This document shows positions 12,180 through 25,112 of a stretch of DNA of 64,000 bases, piece by piece. The DNA is taken from the NCBI GenBank assembly GCA_038087875.1, contig CM075996.1, positions 4,652,001 to 4,716,000 on the forward strand. Direction: 5' to 3'. Below the pieces are notes generated by a model. That model did no database searches, was not told the DNA's origin, and saw only the letters and a list, made by a program, of their open reading frames with translations. How positions within the stretch are numbered: position 1 is the stretch's first letter; the number at the start of each line of letters is the position of its first letter. The translations under genes and the position numbers were made by a program. The DNA is from Malacoraja senta (taxonomy: Eukaryota).

Positions 12180-12731
12180 CACATTAATTCTGCTTTAATG
12201 CAATTGTTACATTCTTAAGAAACCTCGTGTTATGGAAAATCGCATTATAAAAACAGTTGTGGCAAAGTGGGTTCGAGGTTAGAGAACTTAAGACTCGCAA
12301 TAACAAAGTATTTTTTTCCCAGCAGGTTTTTCAAAATTAAATATCTTTTAAAAAATGTTATGTTTAGTTTTGTGGCTCTATGTTACATTGGTTAATGGAG
12401 TATCATTGCACAAGTCAATAGAAGTGGTTGCTTGTCAATTTCACTGGCCACCAGAAGTGAAGCTGGTAGACTGTTCTTAAGAGGCAAATCTGTTTGATTA
12501 CTGTGGGAAGGTAATAAACATACAGTAATGTTTATTCCCTAGCTTGTTTTTTGCAAGACAGCTTTTTTCTGCTTTTCAATTTCCAAAGTAGCTTTGAAGT
12601 AGATCGCTAGTTCCAAATCAAAATCATGTAGCCAGTTAGCCCCTCCTGCTGCATATAGTGTTCCCTAATTCATCAATTCCTTTATATCCAATTCATAGTG
12701 TGGAAACACGCGTTATTGAGAACTACCTGTA
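12180..12731. mobile_element. decayed Tigger/pogo-like DNA element
   Basis: Right end cgcgttattgagaactacctgta. The internal part (tttgattactgtgggaag...caagacag...caaagta) recurs at about 47240-47400. Confidence 0.4.
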
Positions 12732-13509
12732 ATTCCTGTTTTTACACCTTTCTCTTCAGCAACAATATTTGATTAAAAAAATGTGATGGATTTGAGAAAG
12801 GAAGAAGACCATGGAAAAGGATGAGTTAATATTGCTTAAGCGATGGGTAAATGAGACTTGGCTGAATTAGCACATGAGTAACACAATTTTAACTTTATGG
12901 AAGGTAGAATGAGGAAGGCCAGGAATGTATGGAAATACTAGCAATAACAAAAACAGAGTTCTGACATGTGCAAACCTGGGTGATATTGCAGAGCTGGAAA
13001 TAGATTACCATAATCACGCCATGGATATGAGGCACAAAGCAGTCAAAATCAAGTATAATATTAAGTTGTGAACAATCTTGTTTCAGTTCATACATTTGTC
13101 AGCGAGTGGGTATGAAGTCAGTCTATTTTTATTTTTTTACCTTGGATAATCAAGCTGGACCAAATTGAACTTTCATTTCAGTGAAAACATTACAAATTAA
13201 AGCATTCACTAAATTGAAAGTCTTTTGATAATATCCTGCTGCCTAAGCAACACAAATATTAGGTTAAGTAATAGTCCTGGCTAAAGTATAATTCAGCAAG
13301 GTTCTACATACACAAAGGAAGAATTAATTTTTCAATTATGCATGTTAGGGAACCGACATTGCAATGTCAGCATGCTAAATTTGTGTGTTTAGAGGAAAAC
13401 CTGAGTTTCAGCCGCTCTTAGAAAAAAATTAAATCGGCAATAGAGTGATGAAGCTTAAAGTTGTCTTAAGCCTGCAGCTATATCACAATAGATAGTTTTA
13501 ATTAATTGA

Positions 13510-13848
13510 ATCATGGAGTCATATAAGCCATGAACTAGTCATCCAGCCCACTAAGTCTGCTCGCCATCAAGCACCTATCCTGCACTTATCCTACTGTATT
13601 TTCCTCACAATTCCATCAACTACTTCCATCCCAATCCCACCAAAATTATACTTACATACCCAAGGCAATTGACAGTAGTCAGTTAACCTACCAAACTGCA
13701 TGTCTTTGAAATGTATGAGGAAACTGGATCACACAGAGGAAATGCACAGTAACGGAGAATTTGCAGACTCCATACTAGCAGTCAGAATTAAATTTGTATT
13801 GCTGAAGCTGTGAGGCAGCAGCTCTATTAGCTGCATTATGGTGCCATA
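13510..13848 (-). mobile_element. old V-SINE/HE1-like SINE
   Basis: Reverse complement is homologous to 22623-22940. Confidence 0.6.
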
Positions 13849-14463
13849 TTGAATTTCTATTCTGAAATATTAATGTTTGTATTTACATAATATAAATGTT
13901 AGTACAGCTGTTAAGATGATAAATGTTGACATAAAATCAATATCAAAAGTACCACATTGAATTAAAGGTGTGCTATTATAGATGAGACGCATATACAAAA
14001 TTAGATAACCCATATACTTACATATGAAAAAATAGAAATTGTTCAGGAGTAATTCAACTAAACTGCTTTTTGACATTTACACAGTCTATAGAAATTCATG
14101 TTTTCCCATCCTGCTTCAAAAGCTTCACTTCAAAGGAGCTTTGGAATTATAGGCATGGACTATAGTTTACTTCTCAATGATCTAACCGCCAATACACCAA
14201 TGTCAAAACCTTTTATTTGCCTTTTAACACTTAGATCATGAAATTATGCTGTGTAAATATTGGTATATAAATGTTTTTATGCTATGGTAAAGCAACATTC
14301 TTACTTTTTTATTAAAGGTTGTTGGTTTAAAATAAATGGTTCAATACTAGAATTAGATTATAATGATTATAGCTTTCCATCAGCTCTTTTATCAGGTTAT
14401 GTACATTTGAAGAGCATACACATGAATATTGTGGAGTACTTCACTCTGTTTTTGTTTCCATAG

Positions 14464-14611
14464 GTTTTTTTCAGAAGGTCATTTATTCAAAGCTATCAGT
14501 AGCTTTTTACACACATCCTTCGATCGAGGACATGCACCTCCGCCCTTTGTACTTAAAGCCGCAATCTATCTATTATCTATATGCCAAGAAAAGTGCAGTA
14601 AACTAGATTTG
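14464..14611 (+). CDS. MEI1: MEI1 coding exon
   Basis: ccatag|G...TTG|gtaaac; FFSEGHLFKAISSFL...PPPFVLKAAIYLLSICQEKCSKLDL; phase 2 to 0. Confidence 0.93.
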
Positions 14612-15460
14612 GTAAACATAGATGATTTTTTATTGTACACTGAGTAAAATTAGTACTTCTGGTCATTTAATTTTTTATTACACTTTTTCTTGTAACAGAA
14701 CAGTGATAACAATCTGATCAATAATTTGCATCTGATGTAGTTGGACTAAAGTCCTAAATTTCTGGAGTATAGCAATATTTGTGTGGCAGAGAATTCTCTC
14801 TTGTATATGTAAACACACACAGACTACAAGAACAAATATTTTTACAATGTAAAAAGGACATCTAATTGCACTTCACAAAAGCATTTGAGAAAAAAAACAC
14901 ATTGGCCCAAAGCAGAGTTGTTAGCAAATGTGTTCCAAAGGTCTAAAGATGTGGAATTTAAGGAGGCTCAAGCAAGTAAAATACCAAAATTTAAAGGAAT
15001 GATTTTAGAACATTAGATTTAGGCAGAATGTTAACATTTGCAGTTAAATTTGGGAGTGGGGTGGTTTGGTGGAAGAAAGATCCTCATCTTCTATTCTTTA
15101 CAAGTTTCAGTGGGGAAGTTAGAATCGGGAACTGCTGAAACTTAGAGAATAGAAGAACAGGTTTCAGCAAAGAATGTTTAGCAGTAGTCAAATGAAGATG
15201 CCGGAAACAACCATGAGGGATTTTTAGGATATAGGATGTGGTAAGGATGGAGAATTACTTGAGCTTATTTTGTGGTGATAAAAACAATCTAACCATTAAT
15301 AGCCAAATAAGTTAACGATAGAATTAGGTTCAAAGAAGACCGAAATTACCAGATAAAATAGGAAACCTAAGGATTGGATGCAGTTTATATTTAAGAAAAG
15401 GAACTAGTAGGTTCTTACTATGATTATTATAATTCTGTTTGTTTTCTCATTTTTTTGCAG

Positions 15461-15724
15461 ATATCACTGAACTCCATTTGTAAGCTCTTGGAGAGTATTG
15501 CCACTGTTTCTTCTGTGTATACGAGTCACCCTCTAGTTCTGAAGTTTTTCTTTCACTATCCAGAGTTGACAGACAGATTTGGTCACTGCATCTTGAAATG
15601 TTGGTTTACACATTTTGATATCAACCATAGTGAGGTTGAAAACATGCTTCCCAACTTTCAGGGTGATGTAAGTTGCTTGATGAATATTATCCAAGGAAAT
15701 CCAAATGTCCTCCTGATTCTGCTG
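15461..15724 (+). CDS. MEI1: MEI1 coding exon
   Basis: ttgcag|ATA...CTG|gtaagt; ISLNSICKLLE...VYTSHPLVLKFFFHYPELTDRFGHCILKCWF...NPNVLLILL; phase 0 to 0. Confidence 0.93.
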
Positions 15725-17103
15725 GTAAGTAACAATCATTATTGCTTGTTATAAGAAATTTGTTTGCTCTAATCAGCAACAAGTGCTGAAGATGATCTTG
15801 CTTTTTATTAATGTCCCAGTTTTTAGCATCAACTGATATCTGGACTGAATTATAATTAGGCTTATTGCTATTTTTTTATAATTTCAGAATCAGACCGGAA
15901 ATTGCATAGATTTTAAATGTCAGTGGAAGAAATCCTATGTCTCTTTTCCCAATTCACTTTGACCTTTCAATATCTCAGCTACCCAACCTATAGACCTCCA
16001 TTTGCTACATTTCTCTACCCACTAATATACTTACCCAAATGATTACTACCATTATTGATCTCTAGTTTCTTCTTTCCTGGGAGATGTTAAAAAGGGTACA
16101 GAAAGGGGGAATACAAGTTGCATATTTCCAATGCTGCATTTAAAGTCCTGGTGAAAATGAGGTAAGTTATCTAGTATTTGCAAATATAAAAGAATCCTCC
16201 TACAGTGGATGGAGATACTTGTGGCTCATAATGCTAGAGAGTCATCCTGAAGACCTGTATACAGAGCGTAAAAGTTGTTAGGATCAGCAAATGCATCTTC
16301 AGATGCCAATTATCACCAACTGCACAGCAAATCTCTGATACTACATTGTGCACTACACTCACTAACCAATGATCCCAATCAAGACTTATGATAAATTGAG
16401 AATTAGATGCTGTAGCACACCTCCATCCAAACCTTATATCTGTATTTTGCAGCCTCCATATATTGCCAGCTATTTCAAGACAAATATATGACCCAAGCAT
16501 ATTATGTGATACCGACACACTCCCTCTCACTTGCAAGACAAGGTATACAGCAGCAGGTAATTCATAGGGAGCAGGCTAGATTCCATTACCCAATATATGA
16601 GGCAGTAACATCATCATTGAAATGGTCGTTGTTGACTCCTTATCAGCATTGGTTGTAAAAACTATTTTAAAATTATGGTATTCTCAGTTTCTAGTTTTCC
16701 TTTCCACAATCTGAAGACTAAATGAAGGTCTGAGGGGTACATTTTCTTTACACAGGGTGGTGAATATTTACAACGTTTAAAAGGTTTTGGAAAGTACTTG
16801 GATAGGAAAGTTGTAGAGGGATAGACACAAAATGCTGGAGTAACTCTGCGGGACAGGCAGCATCTCTGAAGATGGCTCACCCATTCCTTCTAACCAGAGA
16901 TGCTGCCTGTCCCACTTAAATACTCCAGCACTTTGCGTCTATCTTCGGTGTAAACCAGCATCTGCAGTTCCTACACAAATTGTCTTCAAGATTTCTTCAG
17001 ACTTACGTTTTTTTTTGGTAAACCAGCATGTGCAGTTCTTTGGTACACAAAAATGCTGGAGAAACTCAGCGGGTGCAGCAGCATCCATGGAGCGAAGGAA
17101 ATA

Positions 17104-17137
17104 GGTAACGTTTCGGGCCGAAACCCTTCTTCAGACT
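17104..17137 (-). ncRNA. minimal type I hammerhead-like motif in the Penelope tail
   Basis: Minus strand reads agt-CTGAAGA-a-ggg-tttcgg-ccc-GAAA-cg-TT-ac: conserved core boxes, a short stem II and a palindromic AACGTT stem III. Stem I is very short, so activity is unproven. Confidence 0.6.
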
Positions 17138-17250
17138 GATAGGGGGTGGGGAGAAGAAAGGAAAAAAGGAAAAGGCGGAGGAGGAGCCCGAGGGCTGGGG
17201 GAGGGGAGGAGACAACCAGATGGCTGATGAAGGGGAGGGGACAGCCAGGG

Positions 17251-18708
17251 CTAGCAGAATTGGGAGAATTCAACGTTCAGGCCACCAGGATGTAGACTGC
17301 CCAAGCGGAATATGAGGTGCATTTCCTCCAATTTACGGTGTTGCTCGCTGTGGCCATGGAGGAGACCCAGGACAGAGAGGTCAGATACGGAATGGGAGGG
17401 GGAGTTGAAGTGCTGAGCCACCGGGAGTTCAGGTTGGTTATTGCGGACCGACCGGAGGTGTTCGGCGAAACGATCGCCAAGCCTCCGCTTGGTCTCACCG
17501 ATGTAGATCAGCTGGCATCCAGAGCAGCGAATGCAATAGATGAGGTTGGAGGAGATGCAGGTGAACCTCTGTCGCACCTGGAACGACTGCTTGGGTCCTT
17601 GAATGGAGTGGAGGGGGGAAGTGAAGGGACAAGTGTTGCATCTCTTGCGGTTGCAAGGGAAAGTACCAGGGGAGGGGGTGGTATGGGAGGGAAGGGAAGA
17701 ATTGACAAGGGAGTTACGGAGGGAGCGGTCTTTGCGGAAGGCAGACATAGGGGGAGATGGGAAGATGTGGCGAGTGGTGGGGTCACGTTGGAGGTGGCGA
17801 AACTGACGGAGGATCACTTGTTGTATGTGACGGCTGGTGGGGTGAAAGGTGAGGACTAGGGGGACTCTGCCTTTGTTGTGAGTGGGGGGATGGGGAGAGA
17901 GAGCAGTGTTGCGGGGTATGGCAGAGACCCTGGTGCGAGCCTCATCTATGGTGGAGGAGGGGAACCCCGGTTCCCTGAAGAATGAGGACATTTCAGATGC
18001 CCTGGTGTGGAACGCCTCATCCTGGGAGCAGATGCGGCGTAGACGGAGGAATTGGGAGTGGGGGATGGAGTCCTTACAGGAAGCAGGGTGGGAAGAAGTG
18101 TAGTCCAGATAGCCATGGGAGTCGGTAGGTTTGTAGTGGATGTCGGTAAGGAGTCTATCACCTGCGATGGAGATAGTGAGGTCAAGGAATGGTAGGGAAG
18201 TGTCGGAAATGGTCCAGGTGTATTTGAGTGCCGGATGGAAGTGGGTGGTGAAGCGGATGAAGTCAGTCAGTTGTGTGTGGGTGCAGGATGTGGCACCAAA
18301 ACAATCATCGATGTAGCGGAGGTAGAGGTCGGGGATGGGGCCCTGGTACGCATTGAACAAGGATTGTTCTACGTACCCGACAAAGAGGCAGGCGTAGCTG
18401 GGGCCCATGCGTGTGCCCATAGCTACGCCTTGTATTTGGAGAAAATGGGAGGAGTCAAATGAAAAGTTATTGAGTGTAAGTACCAGCTCCGCTAGGCGGA
18501 GGAGGGTGTCAGTGGCCGGGTATAGATTGCTTCTACGGTTGAGGAAAAAACGGAGGGCTTTGAGACCATCCTGGTGGGGGATGGAGGTGTACAGTGACTG
18601 GACGTCCATGGTGAAGATGAGGGGGTGAGGGCCTAGAGAGTGGAATGCGCGGAGATGACGAAGAGTGTCTGAGGTGTCTTGAACATAGGTGGGGAGGGAT
18701 TTAACCAA
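17251..18708 (-). CDS. Penelope-like reverse transcriptase + GIY-YIG endonuclease (N-terminally truncated, 485 aa open)
   Basis: RT motifs TMDVQSLYTSIP, QGVAMGTRMGPSYA, YLRYIDD, LPFLD, HYKPTD; linker CNRKRCNTC; endonuclease NLIYCIRCSGC..YIGET..RL..RF.EH...HF...E...GLN. Confidence 0.93.
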   Translation of the reverse strand: MVKSLPTYVQDTSDTLRHLRAFHSLGPHPLIFTMDVQSLYTSIPHQDGLKALRFFLNRRSNLYPATDTLLRLAELVLTLNNFSFDSSHFLQIQGVAMGTRMGPSYACLFVGYVEQSLFNAYQGPIPDLYLRYIDDCFGATSCTHTQLTDFIRFTTHFHPALKYTWTISDTSLPFLDLTISIAGDRLLTDIHYKPTDSHGYLDYTSSHPASCKDSIPHSQFLRLRRICSQDEAFHTRASEMSSFFREPGFPSSTIDEARTRVSAIPRNTALSPHPPTHNKGRVPLVLTFHPTSRHIQQVILRQFRHLQRDPTTRHIFPSPPMSAFRKDRSLRNSLVNSSLPSHTTPSPGTFPCNRKRCNTCPFTSPLHSIQGPKQSFQVRQRFTCISSNLIYCIRCSGCQLIYIGETKRRLGDRFAEHLRSVRNNQPELPVAQHFNSPSHSVSDLSVLGLLHGHSEQHRKLEEMHLIFRLGSLHPGGLNVEFSQFC

Positions 18709-18839
18709 GGGGGATAGTATGGAGCTGTGCAGTTCTTTGTTTCTACACTAACTTTAGCAAAGCTTGCACAGAGCTTGAAGCTCATCCTTGCTAGCATGGA
18801 AATGGTGGATAGCTCATGAGCTCATTTATGGACAAATTA

Positions 18840-19064
18840 AGGGCCTGTCCCACTTGGCGATTTTTTCCGGCGACTGCCGGCGTCATATCAGTGTCGCCAA
18901 AAGATTTTGAACATTTCAAAATCCAGCGGCGACAAAAAAATGTTGCGATACTTGAAAAAACAGCGCGCGTCAGACGTCATCACGCTACAAATTTTTCAGT
19001 GACCTGATACGTCAGTTAATGATGCTGGCAGCCGCCGAAACAATCGCCAAGTGGGACAGGCCCT
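18840..19064. mobile_element. PIF/Harbinger-like MITE
   Basis: TIR agggcctgtcccacttggcgatt / aatcgccaagtgggacaggccct; 3-bp TSD TTA. Confidence 0.85.
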
Positions 19065-19729
19065 TTATTCGTCACCTGATGTCTTCTTCCGTGAAGCACA
19101 AACAAAAGAGACACTAAGTCAGCTCTCTGGAGGAACTGGTGCAACTCTGTACCAGTTACGTTGTTACCTTTGTGGCTTTGCATACAAATGTTGACAAGGA
19201 CTTGCAATGTGTTATGAACTGTTGCAATCTATCTGCCCGCAGATTCCTGGGATTGTTGAAGCATTATCCCAGGGAGGAGATAGTGGAACATCAAGTGGAA
19301 GTAAATCGTCCTTTATCTTTGGAAAAATGTTGAACAGATAGACATCTAACCGGCTTTGAATGCTGATTGGCATAATGATCTATCCACTCTGCATATTTCC
19401 AACGCATGTTAGCTGTGTAACTTCATCAGAATAGCAACAGATTGTGCCACAACTTTTTCCCTGTACGTTGGCAATAATAATTTCCAGGGTTTAAATTATA
19501 AACATAGCAATACAGATTTAAAAGAATGAATCAACAATAATATATTCTTACACTTTCTGCAAATAATTTTATTTGCATAAACTATTATACAATTTTGAAA
19601 TGTAATAGTATACTTAATTTTTAATATACTGAAGTAAAAAATATTAACAAAACTGATTTATGGTAGTCTGTTGCCAAGCCTTGGTGAGATATGTATATTT
19701 AATATTTTGCAGTTCAAGTTGGATTAGAG

Positions 19730-20460
19730 TCAGAGTTACACAGCATGGAAACAGGCCCTTCAGCCCAACTTGCCCCATCTATACCAGTCCCACCTGTCTG
19801 CATTTGGCCCATTTCCTTTTAAACATTTCTTATCCATGTACCTGCCCAAATATCTTTTAAATGTTGTGATCGTGCCTGCTTCAACTACCTCCTCTGACAG
19901 CTTGTTCCATATACCTATCATCCTTTGGGTGAAAAAGTTGCCCCTCAGGTACCTGTTAAATCTTTCCCCTCTCACCTTAAACGTGTCCTCGGGTTCTTGA
20001 ATCCCCTACTCTAGGTAAAATATTCTGTGCATTTACCCTATCCCCCTCATGATCTTATACATCTCTATAAGATCACCCCTCATCCCCCTTGTACTCCAAG
20101 GAATAAAGTCCTAGCCTGCTCAACCTCTCCCTACAGCTCAGGCCCTCGAGTCCTGGCAACTTCGTACATCTTTTATGCACTCTTTAACAACACTTTTCCT
20201 ATAGCAGGGTGACCAAAGCTGAAGACAATACTCCAAATATGGCCTCACCAATATCTTGTACAAGTGTAACATAACATTCCAACTTCTACACTCAATATCC
20301 TGACTGATAAAGGCCAATGTGCCGAAAACCTTCTTGACCACCCCATCTACCTATGGTGCCATTTTCAAGGAACTATGTTCCTAACTCCTAGATCTCTCTA
20401 CTCAACAACAAACCCCACGACCTTGCCATTTACTGTGATGGTCCTGTCTTTGTCAGACTT
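19730..20460 (-). mobile_element. CR1 LINE 3' fragment
   Basis: LYKILVRPYLEYCLQLWSP and LRGNFFTQRMIGIWNKLSEEVVEAGTITTFKRYL peptides plus a CR1 tail. Confidence 0.9.
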
Positions 20461-20919
20461 CCTGTTCCTGTGCTGTACTTTTCTATGTTGTATAACCTGA
20501 TTTACAGAAATCTGACTACATCGATTCTCCCATAGATTTTTAAAGGATTTGTAAGCTAGTAACAATAATAAAATGTTTCATGGTATTCATAATGACTGAA
20601 TACTGTATATATTCTATTTGTTTAATTATGGCAGTGTTAGAATGGTTATCAAATGAAATGAAAGAATTATAGCAAGTATATGTAGAGCAACATGATGTGG
20701 GTTCCTAAAGAAAATGGACATTTCCAACTCATGGAAAACATAGAACAGTACAGAACAGGAGCAGGCCTTTTTGCCCACAATGTCTGTGCTGAACAAGGTG
20801 AACAAACCGGCTTACAGACAGTCGTGCGGAAGGAAACCCTTAAAACCCAGAAACTGCCTGTAATGATTATGATATAGTTTTTCATGTTACAACACAAAAA
20901 AAATTGTCTTTTCTTTAAG

Positions 20920-21088
20920 GATATAGTTCATACTGAAGAGATTGAATTAGCTTTCAAGGCTTTGCTGGCTTTGAAATCATTCCTGAGGAAAAATGAAAAC
21001 ATGGATCCTGCTTCTGATTTGCTTCGACCTCGATTTCTCCAGATACTACAAAGGTTCACAATAGAAAATAATGCACAGGCTTTCAAAG
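20920..21088 (+). CDS. MEI1: MEI1 coding exon
   Basis: tttaag|GAT...AAAG|gtaagt; DIVHTEEIELAFKALLALKSFLRKNE...FLQILQRFTIENNAQAFK; phase 0 to 1. Confidence 0.92.
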
Positions 21089-21740
21089 GTAAGTTATAAC
21101 ATTGAAGTGTAAGTTATTTAAGAAAATGGTTGATTTTATATAGTAGTAATGCTCACCATCGGGTTTTGCCTGTTTGAAGATATTGATTAATTTAGGTTTC
21201 TAACCAACAAAATATTGAATTAAAACTAATCTTAAAACATCAATCTGTTTGACATACCAGAACATCTATTTCCGAGAGCTTGAGTTAATAAAATAAATCA
21301 CAAGAGGGAGCTGTTGAGAATGTATACAGGAAGTAAAGTTCCTTTAGTTCCCTTATTTGATGGAAAACCTTGATTGTAAGGGCTATCTCAGAAAGACCAT
21401 AGAACTGAAGTGGTCAAGGAAATGTCAATAGCTGCAGAAGGTTACTGCCTCTGCCTCTTAAAAGAAGGGGTTAATAATTGTGCAGCTTGCAAGCAATTGA
21501 CATGCAAGCAATGCCAAATGTAAAGGCACACCACAGTATGGATGCCAAATATGAAATCCTGGAAGTAGAGGTAGTCTACAACAAGGAAGTTCTCTTATGA
21601 GTGGGGATTGCAAAGCTGCACCCATTGGAGGAGCTGGCCAGATGGCGTCATTTAAATGGTGTCATTTATTTTGTATTAATCAAATTGGAATTTATAAGTA
21701 TCATAGATTATTGCTCTAATCAGTTCTTTCTATTATTCAG

Positions 21741-21845
21741 GAAAGAGGAACCTATCTTTGGTATTGGATCTCCTTTCACTGGTACAGGTAAAAATTCAAG
21801 ATCCCAAGGAAATGACCAGTACCGATTTCAAGCTCCTGTATCATG
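21741..21845 (+). CDS. MEI1: MEI1 coding exon
   Basis: attcag|GA...CATG|gtataa; (G)KRNLSLVLDLLSLVQVKIQDPKEMTSTDFKLLYH; phase 1 to 1. Confidence 0.88.
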
Positions 21846-22622
21846 GTATAATGAATAATCCTATACAATCTCAAGAATATTTTTATACATTTCAATTTGA
21901 TCCATCCTTTTAAAGTAGTTTTAAGCACCCAGAAGTTCTGAAGCGAAATTGGATTCTGTGGTGTTTTAAATTCAATGTATGTGACGTTTATTAAACAGAT
22001 GCAGGCCTAATTGATAGTGTGTACAGTAGCTGGAAAATGCTCCACGGATGATGACAGGGCCTCGATCAATGTCCATGATAGGAAGAGGTTTTCAATTTTA
22101 GACTAAAGGAGATGATAGTCTTTCTCCAGATTGGTTTGTTTGTGTCGGGTGGAATTTGATCCTTGATTTAGGACAAGTCTGAGGTGGGGAAGCTTGAGGG
22201 TCCAGGGGTTCAATCAAAAGTTTTGCCTTACCTTGGCAAAGTGCATTCTGTTCTCTTCGGTGAACTGAATGGGATAAATCTATATTTTCAAATTTAAAAA
22301 TAGGGGATGTAGTGCCTGTATCCTAGATAATATTTATTCCTCATTAACATCACAATTGCAATCTTACTCGGAACAAATAATCAGGCCATTATCACATTGC
22401 ACAACGATTAAATCAACTTTAAATCAGTAAAAATTTGTTGCCTTATTTCATACATTCGAATAGTGGCTACAGGAGTTTAAAATTCTTTGGGATGTTCAAA
22501 GGTTGTGCAAGGAACTATATGAAGGCAAAATGTTGCTTTCATTTAAAATGCCAGGCCTGTTACTTAAATAAAATTAGCTGCCTAATCCATGTCAGTAGAT
22601 TTTGTTAAAAGAAAAATTAGGC

Positions 22623-22940
22623 CGGTACGGTGACTCTGCGGTAGAGTTGCTGCCTCACAGCACTTGCAGCGCCAGAGACCTGAGTTTGATCCCGACTACG
22701 GGTGCTGTCTACGGAGTTTGTACGTTCTCCCCGTGACCTGCGAAGGTTTTCTCCGAGATCTTAGTTTTTCTCCCACACTCCAAACACTTACAGGTTTGTA
22801 GGTTAATTGGCTTGGTAAATGTAAACATTGTCCCTGGTGTGTGTAGGATAGTGTAATATGCGGGGATTGCTGTTCGGCGCGGACCCGGTGGGCCGAAGGG
22901 CTTGTTTCCACGCTGTATCCCTAAACTAAAGTAAACTAAA
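22623..22940 (+). mobile_element. V-SINE / HE1-like tRNA-derived SINE
   Basis: tRNA-like head, V-domain ggagtttgtacgttctccccgtgacctg...ctcccacactccaaa, CR1 tail gggccgaagggcttgtttcc and (ctaaa)n. Confidence 0.85.
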
Positions 22941-25001
22941 AATGATATTTAATGATTTAAACTTTTTGATGAGGTGAGAAAGCACCAATTAGGGAAATAC
23001 AACTGAACAGTTGAAGCCCATGGAATAAAAGCACATAGGAAAACAAAATTAGCAATAGTAACAATGAGAGCAAAGTTAAATTTATACACTGGATTGTTAC
23101 TCCGTGATCAGCCTTGGACCCACAGTTTTTCTTGATATATGTTGAAAACTTGGACTTTGGTGAACAGGCTCACACTTACTTCACAGATTATACCAAATCG
23201 TTAAAATACTATAAAGTTTATTGATAGACTTCCAAAGGACATGGGTAGGACAGTGGATTGGGCAAATATGTCAGATGAAATTTACACAGAGAAATGTTAC
23301 ATTTGGAATGAAATATGCAAGAGGTAAAATAATCTATATACCACTTCTCTGAAATGAGTTTTGGAGATAAAAACTTGTGCGTTTTGCACAAGTTTCAAAG
23401 ATATTGAGAGATTGGTAGTGCAGCTCTTCTGAGAAAAACACATTTTGTTCAAAGCTCAGAGTGGTTCAAATGAAATGCCATTCATCATGACGTACTAAAA
23501 TGTATGCAAGCATTTAATTGTAACAAGGATTCATTAGTCAGTGTATTACAATCAAGGCAGGTGAACCTGTAAAGCATCATGTAAGAGTAAAGAAGTGCCA
23601 TTGGAGCTATCTCAGATGCCTATTGGTGTTTTGTGTTGGTGGTAACTAGTTGGTTACAAAATGGACTTCTTACTGGCATGTGGTTTACAAGGTGTAATTC
23701 TATGAGAAATCGTCATTGTCTATTCAGGCAGTGCTCCCCTCCTCAGCTGGAAAATTAAGATGCTGGTATCTGTGTGACATCCCCCTGATAGTTTTCATAG
23801 TCCTCCTACTACTGCAGTTCATCTACATCTGGTTCCTGGACATCAGGACTGTTCTGCCTCAAGCACCTGTTGCTACCTTTTGGCTACCAGATTATGCAGC
23901 GTGTAAAACATGATTATAACATCTCTACTCATGCTGAGCATATTTTGCAATGCACTCACAGATTAATGAAGGCAGAAGAATCTCTTCAGGAGATCAGTAG
24001 CATTCTCCAATAGTATTTTTGGCCGCTGATGTATTAGGCAGATTTGTAAAAGTTGGAAAGATCCAAAAGCAAGACCTCAAAGGATGTTATCTCCTCATTA
24101 CTTAGGTGTCACATGCCAGTGAATATAAAAAATAGGATGATTGTGTGGATGAATGTTTGGCTGGAGTGATGTAGGAGAGGGACCTCTACTTTACTTGGCC
24201 ATTGCGACCATGGATTGTACTTCATAATGGCCCAGACCAATATCCTTACAGTGAGTTTACTTTTGCTGTTTGGGAGGTCCTTAAATTAGCTTGTCAACAG
24301 CATGGAAACGGAGTTAAGATTCAAAAGGAATGAAATCCAATCTGGAACGAGAAGCCAAATTTATAAGAAAGTTTGGAAAGTAGAGAAAAGATAGGTTATA
24401 ATATAGACTTTAAAAAAAAATTTGGCTGTCCTTAATGGGTATATATCTAAAATCATTTTAGTGAATAAAACAGATAATCTAAAGGCACTGATAGGTAAAA
24501 TATTCTACTATGTGTCTATCATGGAAATATGGCCTAAAGTGGGGCCATGGCTGGCAACATGATATCCCTGCCTACAGGATTTCAGACATGGTAGAACAAA
24601 AAGGATTTCATGTAATTTCCAGCTCTTTCAAAGAGACCCAGGTCTTGTACATCAATCACTCCCCAAAACATTTTAAACTATAACATCTAATTGTTTTAAC
24701 ATTGTTTGAAGTGTTGTTCATGCAGAAAAAGACACCAAATAACCACTTCAATTCAAAAGTAATTAATTTTAATAAAAGTTGCACAATAGTTAGTACCTTT
24801 ACAGTTATGTTGCTGTCATTCATCAGAATCCCTGTTCCTTGTTAATCAAGTTATGTGATCTCAAAATTAAAATAAACATTCTAGCCATTTTAATTTTCAA
24901 CTATGTTCAGTAATTGTACAATAGGCACATGATGAAATGCTTATTAAAATATTAAAATAATCACAAACTTGAAAGTAAATGTTTTGTTTGTATTTTTAAA
25001 G

Positions 25002-25112
25002 TAAGTAACTTAGCAGGAAAATGCAAAGACTTGAACACAGATATCTTACAACCTGCTCTTAATTTCTTCTACTGCTGTTTGAAACAAACATCAACCTACA
25101 ACAGGAGCAGAG
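25002..25112 (+). CDS. MEI1: MEI1 coding exon
   Basis: ttaaag|TA...AGAG|gtaatt; (V)SNLAGKCKDLNTDILQPALNFFYCCLKQTSTYNRSR, cf. human VSKLCGKC...DILQPSFNFLY; phase 1 to 1. Confidence 0.9.

Larger units (their letters stand above)
17043..18725 (-). mobile_element. Penelope-like retroelement, 5'-truncated, young (Neptune-type Cys linker)
   Basis: Open RT + GIY-YIG frame, 3' UTR/pLTR tail with a hammerhead-like motif, and a perfect 14-bp TSD tgtgcagttctttg at 17029-17042 and 18726-18739. Confidence 0.95.

Noticed and set aside
17317..18628. Plus-strand ORFs overlapping the Penelope element
   Set aside because: They are antisense shadows of the RT/GIY-YIG frame.
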